IMG/VR virus record: IMGVR_UViG_3300042544_001887 | Length of the DNA: 64,000 bases | Direction: 5' to 3' (one strand) | Source: a virus | Lineage: Duplodnaviria; Heunggongvirae; Uroviricota; Caudoviricetes | Shown: positions 52,330 through 63,779 of the stretch, piece after piece | How the letters are laid out: each line of letters opens with the position of its first letter | Numbering within the stretch: position 1 is the stretch's first letter | The notes under the pieces: generated by a model | Databases searched by the model: none | What the model was told of the DNA's origin: nothing | Seen by the model: only the letters and a program-made list of their open reading frames with translations | Made by a program: the position numbers and the translations under genes

Positions 52330-55300
52330 ATGGCACAACAGATAGTTAATATTGGCGTAGAAGGAAATGACGGTACTGGTGATAGTATTCGTGAATCCTT
52401 TCGTAAAGTTAATGAAAATCTCAACGAACTTTACGCAGTATTTGGACTTGGCGGCCAAATTAGCTTTACAACACTAGGCGATGTGCCACAAGAGTATGTT
52501 GTAGGACAAGATGAAAATAAAGTTTTACTTGTTAACAACGATGCATCTGGAATATCTTTCTATTCATTTGTTTCTGACGCTGGCACAAATGATCCACTAG
52601 ATCCTGCTAACACTGTTGCATTTTCTGTTGCTGATGGTAAATTAACAATTAGAACTGTTAACACTAAGTTAAGTCAAGATCCGGCACCTTTTACTATACA
52701 ACCTGTAAAACTAGGTGCAGCAATTGCATACGACAACACAACTCAAGCCAGATTGTTAGATACAGCAAGCATCAACTTGCTTATTAACGACTGGAATACT
52801 GTACACGGTTCAGGAAGTCCAATTTCCGCAGACAACTTACTTGTAAGTAAAGGTTATACTGATGCAAATTACTTACAGCCTTCTGGACCTATACGTGTTA
52901 GAGAAGAACCAACTAGCTTTGCAGAATATACAAAAACTATTGATAGTTTTACTAGCGGAAATGCTGTAATTACAGATCACGGATTTAACAGTGGTATTAA
53001 CGGAGTTGGATTTTTATACAACAGTACCGGTACCAATGCAACACCTTTATTAGAAAATGTTAATGCAGTTAGTTTTGTTTCCGGAAGAACATACGAAATT
53101 GTAACTGTAGGAGATACAAATTGGTCTGCTATAGGAGCATCGACATATGAAGTAGGAGATCGATTTGTTGCAACTGGTGTAGGTTCTGGGACCGGTGTTG
53201 CTGCGGCAGTTTACTTTGTAAGATATGTCAATTCTACTCAACTAAGTTTCCATTATACAATTGCAGATGCTAAATCAGGATCAAACAAGATTTCTCTTAG
53301 CGGCGGATCTGGAACACAAACTATAACCGATACCGGAATAAACAACTTACTAGATGGTTATTGGTTAGAAAACGAAGCAGTTCCAAGAAAAGCAACTGTT
53401 CGTCGTCAAGGGGATACAATGCAAGGTCCACTTTACCTTGCAGACCATCCATACCCTTTTAATGGTGTAGGTACTCCTAACACAGAATTTGACTTACAGG
53501 CTGCAACTAAGTTATATGTTGACTCTTCGTCATTTGCAAGTATTATTAACTTATTTGTAGCTACATCCGGGTCTGACGTTCAACCTAACACACCTCCAGG
53601 TAAAACTGGAAGATCGTTTAGCTATGCATACAGAACAATATCAGCCGCTTGTCAAAAAGCAGAAAGATTGCAATTAGCAAGTGAACCAGAATTAGGACCG
53701 TATGTACAAACTATAACTTTCGGAAGTGGTGCTACAAATGCAACAGTTAATAGTACTCCTGGATATAACACAGATGTTGATCAAGACCTAGTAGTTTCGA
53801 CTATAAATAGTCAAAAATCATCAATCATTGACGCAGCAATTGCAGCAGTTAACGCTGAATATCCTACATTTATTTTTGATGAAAATCAATGGAGAGATGA
53901 CTTAGAGTACATACTCGATGCTATTAACTTAGACATACAAGCAAGTGTATCTAGCGGAACTAAACACAACTATCTATCAAGATATGCAGGATTAAGATAT
54001 TTTAGAAATCCTACTACAGAAATAGCAGTTGATACAAATGGTCAGTATACTCAAACATCCTATGCTATTACACAAGCTCGTGCTGCAACAGTTGCAGAAT
54101 TAGTTTCTGCATCAATACTTGAAAGTACAGAATGGAACGATGCAGTCAAAGACTTGTTCGAGGTAGTACTTGATGTTATTAATCCAAGTGTTAGCGATCC
54201 GGCACTTGTTGAAAGTACAAACTATTATACATTTAGAATCAATAGCGGCCCAAGTAGTTACGTTGACCAAGCTATTTCAACTAATCCCGACATTTTTCCT
54301 GGAAAATTAATAAGAGGAAAAACATCAGGTGCAATAGGAAGAATTGTTACATATACTAGAGGTGAAGACATTGTTGGAACTCCTACTTATGACGAAGTAA
54401 CCATGCAACTTCTTGCACCTATAGAATTCAGTCTAACTGAAGAACTAGAATATGGCAACTTATCTAACATTCAACAAGTTACAATCAATGTTGAAACTGG
54501 TATTTACGAAGAGCATTTGCCAATACGTGTTCCTAACAATACATCTATCATAGGCGACGACTTTAGAAGAACTATTGTGAGACCAGCAGCTGGACCAAGC
54601 CAATCACCTTGGGCTGATATATGGTTTTATAGAGATGCTGACATTGACGGCAATATAACTGCTTCTGGAGGATTAGAAGGAAAGTACGGAAGCGATAGCA
54701 CATTAGTTGGCTATTATGGACATCACTATTTAACTGATCCAAGTAATGCTAATAGTACACCTAAAAACAATAACGAACTAGACATGTTTATGATGAACGA
54801 CGGTACTATTTTACGTAGTTTAACATTTCAGCGACATGGAGGATTCGGTGTTGTACTAGATCCCGAAGGACAAATACTTACACGATCACCATTTATACAA
54901 TCATGTTCGAGTTTTTCTAGAAGTAGAAATGCTAAAGCCTTTACCGGTGGTGCGTACATTGACGGGTATAGTGGAAACATGTCTGTTAGAGTAGTTGGAA
55001 AAAACGGAAACTTCGAAGTTGACGTTGAAACACCAACATATACAGCTCTAGGTATTCGTAGACCAACATTGCCAACTAGCTTTTTTATCGACGGAGTAAG
55101 ATATCAAGTTAATGCAATTAAAGATTATGAACCGTCTGCTGTAAGTGTCGACGGATCAACAACTGTTGCAAAAGCAACACTTATACTCGACGAAACCAGT
55201 AACGAAGGCAACGGGTTAACTGTTTCAGTTGTAACAAATAGCCAGTATTTTGATATCACATTATTAACAGGCGGTAATAAATCCGTTCTTGCAAACGACT

Positions 55301-58300
55301 TTACAAACTTAAATGACTTAGGATATGCCGTTGTAGCAAATAACAATGCTACCACCGAACTCGTTTCGGTATTTACATATTACTGTCATATAGGCTATTA
55401 TGCGTTAAACGGATCTCAAATTAGATCTTTAACAGGAAATAACAGCTACGGAACATTTGGTCTTGTAGCAGAAGGATCAGATCCTGACGAAAAAGCATCA
55501 ACTGTTATACTAACTCAAGACTTGGCTCAACCTGTAAAAATTTATAACGTTGATCAGATTGTTGAATTAACTGGTACTAGCCTTGGAATTTTAGATGGCG
55601 ACACGCTAACACAAGTTCAAGGTGCAATAAGTGTAACCGGTGTTGTTGCATACACAGAAGAAAGCGGCGGAAACACATTTGCATATTTACAAACATTAGT
55701 AAATGGTGCATTTAATGCTATTGACAGTGTAACTACATACGGAGTTCCAGAATCTGTAGACAACTTAGGATATACTGCAAACGAAGAAGACTCATCGTTA
55801 TTTGTTTTCGATCTAACATTTTATCCTATGAACGGTGCCGAGGTTGAAATATTACACTCAACTGGGTTGTATTATCCATATGGTGTTATATCGGCGTCAT
55901 CAACAGACATAGAAGTTCCTGTAGCATATTGCGACTCGACTAATACAGCAATAAGAAGAAAAGTTTGGAGACTAGATTTATCAAGCGGCGTTTCTGCAGG
56001 AGCATCGGGCGTACAAGTTAATACTACATTTGGTACTTTTGGAAATTACAGAGATAAACAGAGCTTCTTGCTTGATGGATTGCCTGCGTCACTGTCAACT
56101 AGACCTAGTACTGCATTGGTTTTTGATGAGCAACCTACACAAACTTACAGAACTATTTCGTTTGATAACACTATTGTTTCTGCCATTCCAACTCCTGCAG
56201 GAGTTAAAAGAATTGGTATTGATGCAAACTACGATGCTATTGATCTGACTGTTAGTAACCTTTATGCAGGAGATGCAAACTTAGATACCGCTATAGGAAC
56301 TATGGGTGCTAATGCCGGCGATACTATGATTGCTATAGAATTGCTTGATGCCGGTGATGTAAATAGAATCAACAACGGCAACATGATATTTACATGGGCA
56401 GGTGTAACTCACAGAATTACAGAATACGAAGTAGATTCAAGTGGAGCATACGGTGTAGTTAAGTTTACTGATTTATATAGTATTAACGATGCCTATACAA
56501 GTGGGCTTGCTTCGCGAGCTGATAATACTATAGGAAGTACAAACACACTTAAAGCTGTTTTAAGAGCAAATGAAACAGCAAATATTACTGTAAATATTTC
56601 TACAACTCGTGCAACCAGCCACGACTTCTTATACATTGGTACAGGCGGCTACAACAGTACAAATTATCCAAACAGAATTTATGGTGCACCGACTAGCGAT
56701 TGGGTATCAGACGAACAAGCAATTGACGAGAATGGTACTAGCAGTAAAGCACAAGTTCAAGAAAGATTAAAAGGACGTTGCTTCTTTTCAAGTACAGACC
56801 AAGATGGTTTCTTCCGTGTAGGACGTTTCTTTACAGTTGACCAAGGTACTGGCTCTGTTACTTTTAACGCTTCTCTTGTATTAACTAATATCGATGGTAT
56901 CGGTTTTAAACGTGGTGTTAGAGTTAACGAATTTAGTCCCGACGACAGTTTTACAGATGCAAAAGGCGATGCAGTACCAACAGAAACAGCAACCGAAGGC
57001 TATATTAACCGTCGCCTTGGCTGGAACCGTAATGGCACTAATCTCGATCCTGGCGATATAATAAGTAGTGGAGCACTTAGACTCGACGGCGGCAACTCCA
57101 TGGCTGGCGAATTAAACATGGGTTCCAACAAAATTACAAACGTTGCAACGCCAACAAACGGAACAGATGCTGTTAACAAAGATTATGTTGATGCAAATAA
57201 CGAATTGAGTGAACTTGTGGACGTTGCTATTGCTACACCAGTAGAAGGCCAAGTGTTAACATATGTAGGCGGAGCAACTAATAAATGGGTTAACGTACCT
57301 TTTGACACTAGTGCAGCTACTACAGACATTACATTTAGCTATACATCAGGTGAACTAAGAGCAGCAATTGCATCTGAAGTAATCATGGATGCAGATGTTA
57401 ATTTAAATGCTGGTATTCAACAACGCAAATTAAGTATGAATGCTGCAACTACTAGAGCAAATGCTACTGGTATTACACAGGCAGATTTAGGGCTTGCAAG
57501 TTTTAATAGCAGCGTGTTTACATCAACAGATGGATGGTTAACAGTTAGTACTAGCGGTATTACAAACGCAATGTTAGCAGGGTCTATTGCAAATAACAAA
57601 CTTTCAAATAGTTCTATAACATTCGGTGACGGTTCTACTACTAGTGCAGTATCGTTAGGTGGAACTTTAACAGTACAAGGTACAGCAAACGAAGTTGAAG
57701 TTGGATACAGTGCCGGCGTATTTACTGTAGGGTTACCATCTACTATAACAGCAACACTAAGTGGAAATGCATCGAGTGCTACAGTTGCAACTACGACAAC
57801 TATTACAGCAAAAAATACTGACGCAGCACCAAACTTTATTACTTTTGTTGCTAGTCAGTCTGGAAACTTGTCAACATTTACCGACAGCGGATTAACTTGG
57901 ACCCCTACTACTAACACTCTTGGATTTACAACTGGTTTAATTACAGGCCTAAATAAAGCTACATTTAGCGGTGCTACAACTGTTAATGAAATTATACTGC
58001 CTACAAATCTTTCAGATGCATTAACTATAAGAGATAACGCAGGTACAGCAGTTGACATTTTAGATATAACAACCACTACTGGTGCTCCGTCATTTAACGT
58101 TAAAACAAACATGACCATCACTGGTAATATACTTCCGGGTGCAAACAGTCCAACTGATAGTGGTCAAATGCTAGGTGGTAGTGGAAATCGATGGAATACT
58201 GTTTATGCAACTACCTTTAACGGTACTGCAACAGAAGCACTATACGCCGACTTAGCTGAAAACTATCTAGGAGATGCAGACTATGAACCAGGAACAGTTC

Positions 58301-58623
58301 TAGTATTTGGCGGAAATTGTGAAGTTACACTAACTAATGTAAAAGGTGATCGCAGAGTTGCCGGTGTTGTAACTACAAATCCTGCACACTTAATGAACAG
58401 TGCGTTAGAAGGTGATTTTGTAACTGGAATAGCACTACAAGGCCGTGTTCCTGTTAAGGTATTGGGTAGAGTACAAAAAGGTGATCTAGTTGTTACAAGT
58501 GCAATACCAGGGTATGGCATAGTTGATAATGACCCACGGGTTGGCACTGTTATAGGTAAAGCAGTTGCTGAAAAATTAGATGACGGTAAGGGCGTTGTCG
58601 AAGTAGTAGTAGGAAGAGTATAA
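52330..58623 (+). CDS. giant tail fibre protein (2097 aa) with C-terminal intramolecular-chaperone-like domain
   Basis: N-terminal NIGxxxNDGTGDxxRxxFxKxNxNxNELY module shared with downstream genes; Gly/Ser/Thr/Asn-rich repeats; C-terminal ALYADLAENY...GDLVV resembles S74 autoproteolytic chaperone. Confidence 0.6.
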   Translation: MAQQIVNIGVEGNDGTGDSIRESFRKVNENLNELYAVFGLGGQISFTTLGDVPQEYVVGQDENKVLLVNNDASGISFYSFVSDAGTNDPLDPANTVAFSVADGKLTIRTVNTKLSQDPAPFTIQPVKLGAAIAYDNTTQARLLDTASINLLINDWNTVHGSGSPISADNLLVSKGYTDANYLQPSGPIRVREEPTSFAEYTKTIDSFTSGNAVITDHGFNSGINGVGFLYNSTGTNATPLLENVNAVSFVSGRTYEIVTVGDTNWSAIGASTYEVGDRFVATGVGSGTGVAAAVYFVRYVNSTQLSFHYTIADAKSGSNKISLSGGSGTQTITDTGINNLLDGYWLENEAVPRKATVRRQGDTMQGPLYLADHPYPFNGVGTPNTEFDLQAATKLYVDSSSFASIINLFVATSGSDVQPNTPPGKTGRSFSYAYRTISAACQKAERLQLASEPELGPYVQTITFGSGATNATVNSTPGYNTDVDQDLVVSTINSQKSSIIDAAIAAVNAEYPTFIFDENQWRDDLEYILDAINLDIQASVSSGTKHNYLSRYAGLRYFRNPTTEIAVDTNGQYTQTSYAITQARAATVAELVSASILESTEWNDAVKDLFEVVLDVINPSVSDPALVESTNYYTFRINSGPSSYVDQAISTNPDIFPGKLIRGKTSGAIGRIVTYTRGEDIVGTPTYDEVTMQLLAPIEFSLTEELEYGNLSNIQQVTINVETGIYEEHLPIRVPNNTSIIGDDFRRTIVRPAAGPSQSPWADIWFYRDADIDGNITASGGLEGKYGSDSTLVGYYGHHYLTDPSNANSTPKNNNELDMFMMNDGTILRSLTFQRHGGFGVVLDPEGQILTRSPFIQSCSSFSRSRNAKAFTGGAYIDGYSGNMSVRVVGKNGNFEVDVETPTYTALGIRRPTLPTSFFIDGVRYQVNAIKDYEPSAVSVDGSTTVAKATLILDETSNEGNGLTVSVVTNSQYFDITLLTGGNKSVLANDFTNLNDLGYAVVANNNATTELVSVFTYYCHIGYYALNGSQIRSLTGNNSYGTFGLVAEGSDPDEKASTVILTQDLAQPVKIYNVDQIVELTGTSLGILDGDTLTQVQGAISVTGVVAYTEESGGNTFAYLQTLVNGAFNAIDSVTTYGVPESVDNLGYTANEEDSSLFVFDLTFYPMNGAEVEILHSTGLYYPYGVISASSTDIEVPVAYCDSTNTAIRRKVWRLDLSSGVSAGASGVQVNTTFGTFGNYRDKQSFLLDGLPASLSTRPSTALVFDEQPTQTYRTISFDNTIVSAIPTPAGVKRIGIDANYDAIDLTVSNLYAGDANLDTAIGTMGANAGDTMIAIELLDAGDVNRINNGNMIFTWAGVTHRITEYEVDSSGAYGVVKFTDLYSINDAYTSGLASRADNTIGSTNTLKAVLRANETANITVNISTTRATSHDFLYIGTGGYNSTNYPNRIYGAPTSDWVSDEQAIDENGTSSKAQVQERLKGRCFFSSTDQDGFFRVGRFFTVDQGTGSVTFNASLVLTNIDGIGFKRGVRVNEFSPDDSFTDAKGDAVPTETATEGYINRRLGWNRNGTNLDPGDIISSGALRLDGGNSMAGELNMGSNKITNVATPTNGTDAVNKDYVDANNELSELVDVAIATPVEGQVLTYVGGATNKWVNVPFDTSAATTDITFSYTSGELRAAIASEVIMDADVNLNAGIQQRKLSMNAATTRANATGITQADLGLASFNSSVFTSTDGWLTVSTSGITNAMLAGSIANNKLSNSSITFGDGSTTSAVSLGGTLTVQGTANEVEVGYSAGVFTVGLPSTITATLSGNASSATVATTTTITAKNTDAAPNFITFVASQSGNLSTFTDSGLTWTPTTNTLGFTTGLITGLNKATFSGATTVNEIILPTNLSDALTIRDNAGTAVDILDITTTTGAPSFNVKTNMTITGNILPGANSPTDSGQMLGGSGNRWNTVYATTFNGTATEALYADLAENYLGDADYEPGTVLVFGGNCEVTLTNVKGDRRVAGVVTTNPAHLMNSALEGDFVTGIALQGRVPVKVLGRVQKGDLVVTSAIPGYGIVDNDPRVGTVIGKAVAEKLDDGKGVVEVVVGRV

Positions 58624-58874
58624 TGACAAAACAAACTATTAACATAGGTAGCAGTCCTAACAAAGGCGACGGCGATCCGTTACGCACCGCTTTTACAAAA
58701 ATAAACAACAATTTTAACGAGTTGTATGTTGGACCACCTACATATTCACAGGAAGAAATAGATTTGTTAACACCAACGTTTGGAATGTTTTTATATAATT
58801 CTACCACTGGAAAATTTCAAGGATACGTTGCAGATTCGGGAGATAGCACACCTGGCTGGGTTGATTTGCACTAA
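58623..58874 (+). CDS. small tail-fibre-module protein
   Basis: same N-terminal INIGSSPNKGDGDPLRTAFTKINNNFNELY module. Confidence 0.45.
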   Translation: MTKQTINIGSSPNKGDGDPLRTAFTKINNNFNELYVGPPTYSQEEIDLLTPTFGMFLYNSTTGKFQGYVADSGDSTPGWVDLH

Positions 58875-58895
58875 ATATATAAAACGGAGAATAAT

Positions 58896-59606
58896 ATGTC
58901 AATTGTATCAATTAACGTAGGTAATGCAGCTAATGACGGCACTGGTGACGATCTTCGAGAAGCATTTATTAAAATAAATCAAAACTTCCAGCTTCTTGAT
59001 GGTATTGCAGAACAAGAAGGAAGTAACCTAGGGTCTTCTGGGGCAGAAGTTTATTCGAACACAGCTAATAATACACTTTATTTTAGAAGACTTGTCGCTG
59101 GCAACAACATGCAATTAACGCAACTAGATAATACAATTGTTGTTGAAAACACAATGCCTGAAAGCAGATTTACTATTGTTACAAATTCAGGTAGCTTAAT
59201 ATCCGGTGCCGGAATTAATTATAATATTTTAGGTGCAGATGCTATTACTGTAACTGCAAATGAAAATACAAAAACTATAACTATTACTGGAAGTTTATTA
59301 CAAGATACAACTCCAGAACTTGGCGGAAACTTAGTAGGCAACAATAGAAATATAACAGGAATTAATAACTTAACAGCTACTTCAATAACTGGAACAACTA
59401 TTAATGCAACAAACTTATTAACAACTAACATAGGCGGGGTTAATTATCAAGAAAGACTTGGTAGATACATTTCTGGGTTCGACTTAGGCGATATAGATCA
59501 ACCAGTGGAAAGTATTCTAGATTGGGTAATATTACAAGTAGGACTGGATTTTGGATCGTTTACTACACCAGCATCCGGGGATGTTGACTTTGGCAGCATC
59601 GTATAA
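58896..59606 (+). CDS. tail fibre protein
   Basis: N-terminal INVGNAANDGTGDDLREAFIKINQNF module; Thr/Asn-rich repeats. Confidence 0.5.
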   Translation: MSIVSINVGNAANDGTGDDLREAFIKINQNFQLLDGIAEQEGSNLGSSGAEVYSNTANNTLYFRRLVAGNNMQLTQLDNTIVVENTMPESRFTIVTNSGSLISGAGINYNILGADAITVTANENTKTITITGSLLQDTTPELGGNLVGNNRNITGINNLTATSITGTTINATNLLTTNIGGVNYQERLGRYISGFDLGDIDQPVESILDWVILQVGLDFGSFTTPASGDVDFGSIV

Positions 59607-59615
59607 GGGGATAAA

Positions 59616-62600
59616 ATGTTACCACAATGGACTGTTCCAACAAATACAACTCTTGCAAGAATTCCAGAAAATGCAATAGTTTACCTACCGTTGCCGTTGG
59701 ATCCTACCGTAGTTGCAACGACTTCTATAATTTCAGGATCTTTGCCACAAGGTCTAACATTAGCAAATAATATAATTACGGGATCACCATTTCCTGTAAA
59801 CGAAGTAACAGTAAATACATTTGTTGTACGAGCGTCGAATTCATCCGGAGTACTAGACAGAACCTTTTCTATATATATAGAAAACTATCCAACTTGGACT
59901 GCTGAAAATAATTATGACTTTGGAATATTTGAAGAAAGAAATACTATCGATATTCCGCTGCCTATATCTAATGTGCAAAGCTTAAGCACATCGGTTATTA
60001 GTGGATCATTGCCTCCGGGATTGAGATTGGTTGAAAATAGAATCAAAGGTACAATTTTAGAAGTTGCTCGAGATACAATATTTACTTTTGTAATTAGAGC
60101 AAACCTTGGTGGTGCAGTGTTAGATAGAACTTTTGTTATGACTGTTCAAGGACCTGATAACCCACAATGGGTTACTCCTGAAGGAAAATTACCAGTTGGT
60201 TCTAATGAAGCGTTATTTATTCTCGACAACAGTTTAATAAATTATCAGCTTGTTGCTACTGATACAGATTTGCCTGCGGGCGATTCTTTGCAGTATTATA
60301 TAGCAGACGGCGAAGGAGAATTGCCTCCTGGTATTAGTTTAACAACAGATGGACGTATAACAGGCATAGTAGATCCTATTTTAGCATTAGACATAAATGC
60401 CGACTCGGGCGGATACGATGTTGGGCAATATGGACTTTACCCATTTGATTTTGGAATTGTTAGTGGCAGTGGTTTAGATACCTATTATTATGACACTAAA
60501 GTTTATGACTATAGTGTTCCGACTAGAGCACCTAAAAAACTAAATAGAACTTATGAATTTATAGTAACTGTAACTGATAACGTTGCATTTGCAAAAAGAA
60601 AGTTTTCAATATATGTAGTTAGCGACGACTTCTTGAGAGCTGACAACACTATAATGAAAGCTGCCGACGGCGTCTTTACAGCAGACAATACATATTCTAG
60701 AGTTCCATTGTGGTTAACTCCTTCCGATCTAGGAATCAAACGTGCAAATAACTTTATTACAATATACTTAGATGTACTAGATACTTACACCCTAGAAGGC
60801 GACATACTCTTTTTTCAAGAGCCGGTTAATCCTGGAGTTTATAAATTAAAATCCACTGGAGAAATTATTGAAAATGGCAGTTATGAAATTGGTGGTGTTC
60901 TTCCATACTTTCCAAAATCTAACTATCAAACAACAAGTATTTTAGATTTTGAGGTTGTGTATCCGGAATCAGAAAGTAAATTTCCACCAGGTGTAACATT
61001 AGATTCAGAAACTGGAGAAATAGCCGGAATTGTTCCTTATCAACCAGCAGTTACAACAGATTATAGATTTACTGTTAGAGCCGATCGTTTTGACATTGGC
61101 GAAGGTTTTGTAAAAGTCTTTGGCACATACAACGCCGAAGTACTAAGTGGAAATACTAGATTTAGAATAGCAAAGCTTCCTAGAGGAACTCAAGACGGCA
61201 TTGACGACTTGCAATCGTTAATTGGAAAAGAAATACCAATTGAGCAACGATATTACACAGTTAAAAACGTGTTTGGCGATAACGAGTTTTGGGACGAGAT
61301 AGAAATTTCTGCTCCGTTGTCTCCTACTCCTGTAGCAACTCCGATCACAGTTAAAAAGTCTGCTACTACTAGTCAAAACTACATCTTTGCAAATACAATG
61401 CTAGAAGCAGACAAAAAGTTTTATATAGGAAAAAGTATAAGATATTCTGATTTAGAATACTATCCTATTACCGCAATATATCCTTATATAGAATACAAAG
61501 TATATCTTGACGATAGCACAGTTGGTATTGAGTTAGTTACAAATATAACTGGTCCGGTTGTTGGAACTATAGAAGAAACACTAGAGTCATTTTTAGGTTC
61601 TGCCGAGTTACCGGCGTATGTATCAAGTGTTTCAAATATTCACGGAATAGTTGAGTTAACATTGGTTATACCTGCTACTTCAACAAATAGAAATACTAAT
61701 TTTATCAAGAGCTTATTCCATACAGCAGATAGTTCTCCAATAATTCTTCAAGAAATAGATAACTATGATAGAATACAATTGTCTACACCGTTGTCAAGAT
61801 CTTATTCTCAAACTATTCAAATAAGTTTTGGAACATACACAGGTGGATCCTTTAATGTTACGTTTCCTAGAGCCGAAGTGGATGTTGCATCGAAGAAAAA
61901 AACATTTACTATTAAACTACTAGGCGAAGTTGATAGTACTATTACTTGGCTTACAGACTCAGACCTAGGAACACTCAATGCTAATAGAATAAGTACGCTT
62001 TTTGTTAAAGCAGAAACTACTGTTCCAAACGCTGTGCTAATTTATAATGTAGTTTCAGGAAAATTACCTTACGGTCTATCTTTAAAGAATGACGGAGAAA
62101 TTATTGGAAAAGTTCCTATAAACGGAACAGAGTCTTCTCCAGGATTAACTTTCTTTGATTCAGGAAACACAACATTTGACGGTGCAACTACTACAATGGA
62201 TAGAGTGTATAACTTTACAGTACTAGCTCGCGATCGCTTTGGGTTTAGTGCAGTTAGCAAAGAATTTACATTAGTTATAAGTGATGCAGACAACTTAACC
62301 TACAGCAACATCTATATGAAACCATTTTTACCAACAATTCAACGAGAATTATTTTTAAATTTAATGGACAATGCGAAGGTTATATCGCCTAAGTTAGTTT
62401 ATAGACCAAACGATCCTAGTTTTGGAATACAAAAAGATCTTAAATGCCTTGTGTTTTCTGGAATTGAAACACAAAACATTGAAAAATTTGTCGGGGCCGC
62501 AGCTAGAAATCATAAAAGAAAGCGTTACTTACTCGGAGATGTTAAAACTGCTATCGCTAAAAAAGAAGGAACAAATGAAGTTATATACGAGATTGTGTAT

Positions 62601-63176
62601 GTTGAACTAAAAGATCCTGCAAAACCAACATCAGGAAAAACTAGAACATTCTTTAATACACTTAATATGACTGGTAAGATAACTGCTGACAGCATTCGCT
62701 ACGAAGCAAACGACGACACGTTTAAAAATGATGATAAAAGTCCTTGGAGATTTAGACCAAACACAAATACTATAACTGCTGATAGCAACGCAGTTAATGT
62801 ATCTCAAAATAGAGATAGTAAAAAATATATTTCAAATATCGATAACATGCGAGATCGTATAAGAGAAATGGAAATTAACGAAGACGACAGTACAAACAGA
62901 CTTGCTAAAACAAGTAGAGACTTTTTACCTTTATGGATGAGAACTGCTCAGGGTAGTAGTTTTTCTGAAATAGATTATGTATTAGCACTACCGTTAGTTT
63001 ACTGTAAACCGGGTCAATCTGAGATCATAAAGGATAATATAATTAATTATATGTCAACTACAGGATTTTCGTTTACACAACTAGATTTTGACATTGATAG
63101 ATACATTATAGATACCACAACTGGCAACAGCCAAGAACAATATATTCTATTCGCAAATTATACATTTAACGTTTAA
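59616..63176 (+). CDS. large structural protein with cadherin-like/putative-Ig repeats
   Basis: repeated SGSLPxGLxLxxNxIxG motifs (at least 6). Confidence 0.5.
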   Translation: MLPQWTVPTNTTLARIPENAIVYLPLPLDPTVVATTSIISGSLPQGLTLANNIITGSPFPVNEVTVNTFVVRASNSSGVLDRTFSIYIENYPTWTAENNYDFGIFEERNTIDIPLPISNVQSLSTSVISGSLPPGLRLVENRIKGTILEVARDTIFTFVIRANLGGAVLDRTFVMTVQGPDNPQWVTPEGKLPVGSNEALFILDNSLINYQLVATDTDLPAGDSLQYYIADGEGELPPGISLTTDGRITGIVDPILALDINADSGGYDVGQYGLYPFDFGIVSGSGLDTYYYDTKVYDYSVPTRAPKKLNRTYEFIVTVTDNVAFAKRKFSIYVVSDDFLRADNTIMKAADGVFTADNTYSRVPLWLTPSDLGIKRANNFITIYLDVLDTYTLEGDILFFQEPVNPGVYKLKSTGEIIENGSYEIGGVLPYFPKSNYQTTSILDFEVVYPESESKFPPGVTLDSETGEIAGIVPYQPAVTTDYRFTVRADRFDIGEGFVKVFGTYNAEVLSGNTRFRIAKLPRGTQDGIDDLQSLIGKEIPIEQRYYTVKNVFGDNEFWDEIEISAPLSPTPVATPITVKKSATTSQNYIFANTMLEADKKFYIGKSIRYSDLEYYPITAIYPYIEYKVYLDDSTVGIELVTNITGPVVGTIEETLESFLGSAELPAYVSSVSNIHGIVELTLVIPATSTNRNTNFIKSLFHTADSSPIILQEIDNYDRIQLSTPLSRSYSQTIQISFGTYTGGSFNVTFPRAEVDVASKKKTFTIKLLGEVDSTITWLTDSDLGTLNANRISTLFVKAETTVPNAVLIYNVVSGKLPYGLSLKNDGEIIGKVPINGTESSPGLTFFDSGNTTFDGATTTMDRVYNFTVLARDRFGFSAVSKEFTLVISDADNLTYSNIYMKPFLPTIQRELFLNLMDNAKVISPKLVYRPNDPSFGIQKDLKCLVFSGIETQNIEKFVGAAARNHKRKRYLLGDVKTAIAKKEGTNEVIYEIVYVELKDPAKPTSGKTRTFFNTLNMTGKITADSIRYEANDDTFKNDDKSPWRFRPNTNTITADSNAVNVSQNRDSKKYISNIDNMRDRIREMEINEDDSTNRLAKTSRDFLPLWMRTAQGSSFSEIDYVLALPLVYCKPGQSEIIKDNIINYMSTTGFSFTQLDFDIDRYIIDTTTGNSQEQYILFANYTFNV

Positions 63177-63209
63177 CGACGATAAATAATACAAATTAAG
63201 GATTAAAAA

Positions 63210-63779
63210 ATGACTAGTGCAATTATTAGTACAACAATTGATGAAAATTTTCCAGTTGCTGGACAAGACAACGATAGCCAAGGGTTTAGAGATAATTTTA
63301 ACATTATTAAAACTGCGTTATCTGTAGCCAAAGAAGAAATAAGCGATCTTCAAGAAGGAGTTGCTAGAATCGATGGCGACAATAATTTTGATTATAATGC
63401 TATTATAAATGCTGAGTTTCGTGGGTGTGTTCAATTAGTCGAAGAAACTAATGCAACAGGAACAAGTGATAACGAAAATCTTGATTACAATCAAGGAAGT
63501 GTGTTTGTTGTAAAAGCAACCGGTAATATTTCTCTTAACTTCCAAAATTGGCCAAATGACGGATACGCACAAAGTAGAATTTTTTTAACAGCTGACGGAA
63601 CTGCACGAACTGTTTCGTTTATCAGTGAAAATAGCGGAACAGTAAAAACTGACGGCAACGTTGCTTGGTCAGGAGACACATTATCTGTTACTTCTGCTAC
63701 AAACGCAACTGTTGTCGAAGCATTTACATACGACAACGGAGTTACTGTATATCTAAGATATTTAGGAATTTTTAGCTAA
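63210..63779 (+). CDS. tail-fibre-module protein
   Basis: N-terminal DNDSQGFRDNFNIIKTAL variant of shared module. Confidence 0.45.
   Translation: MTSAIISTTIDENFPVAGQDNDSQGFRDNFNIIKTALSVAKEEISDLQEGVARIDGDNNFDYNAIINAEFRGCVQLVEETNATGTSDNENLDYNQGSVFVVKATGNISLNFQNWPNDGYAQSRIFLTADGTARTVSFISENSGTVKTDGNVAWSGDTLSVTSATNATVVEAFTYDNGVTVYLRYLGIFS

Noticed and set aside
52330-58623. CRISPR array or tandem DNA repeats in the Gly/Thr/Asn-rich fibre genes
   Set aside because: Repetition is at the amino-acid motif level only; no regular direct DNA repeats with spacers were seen anywhere in the window.
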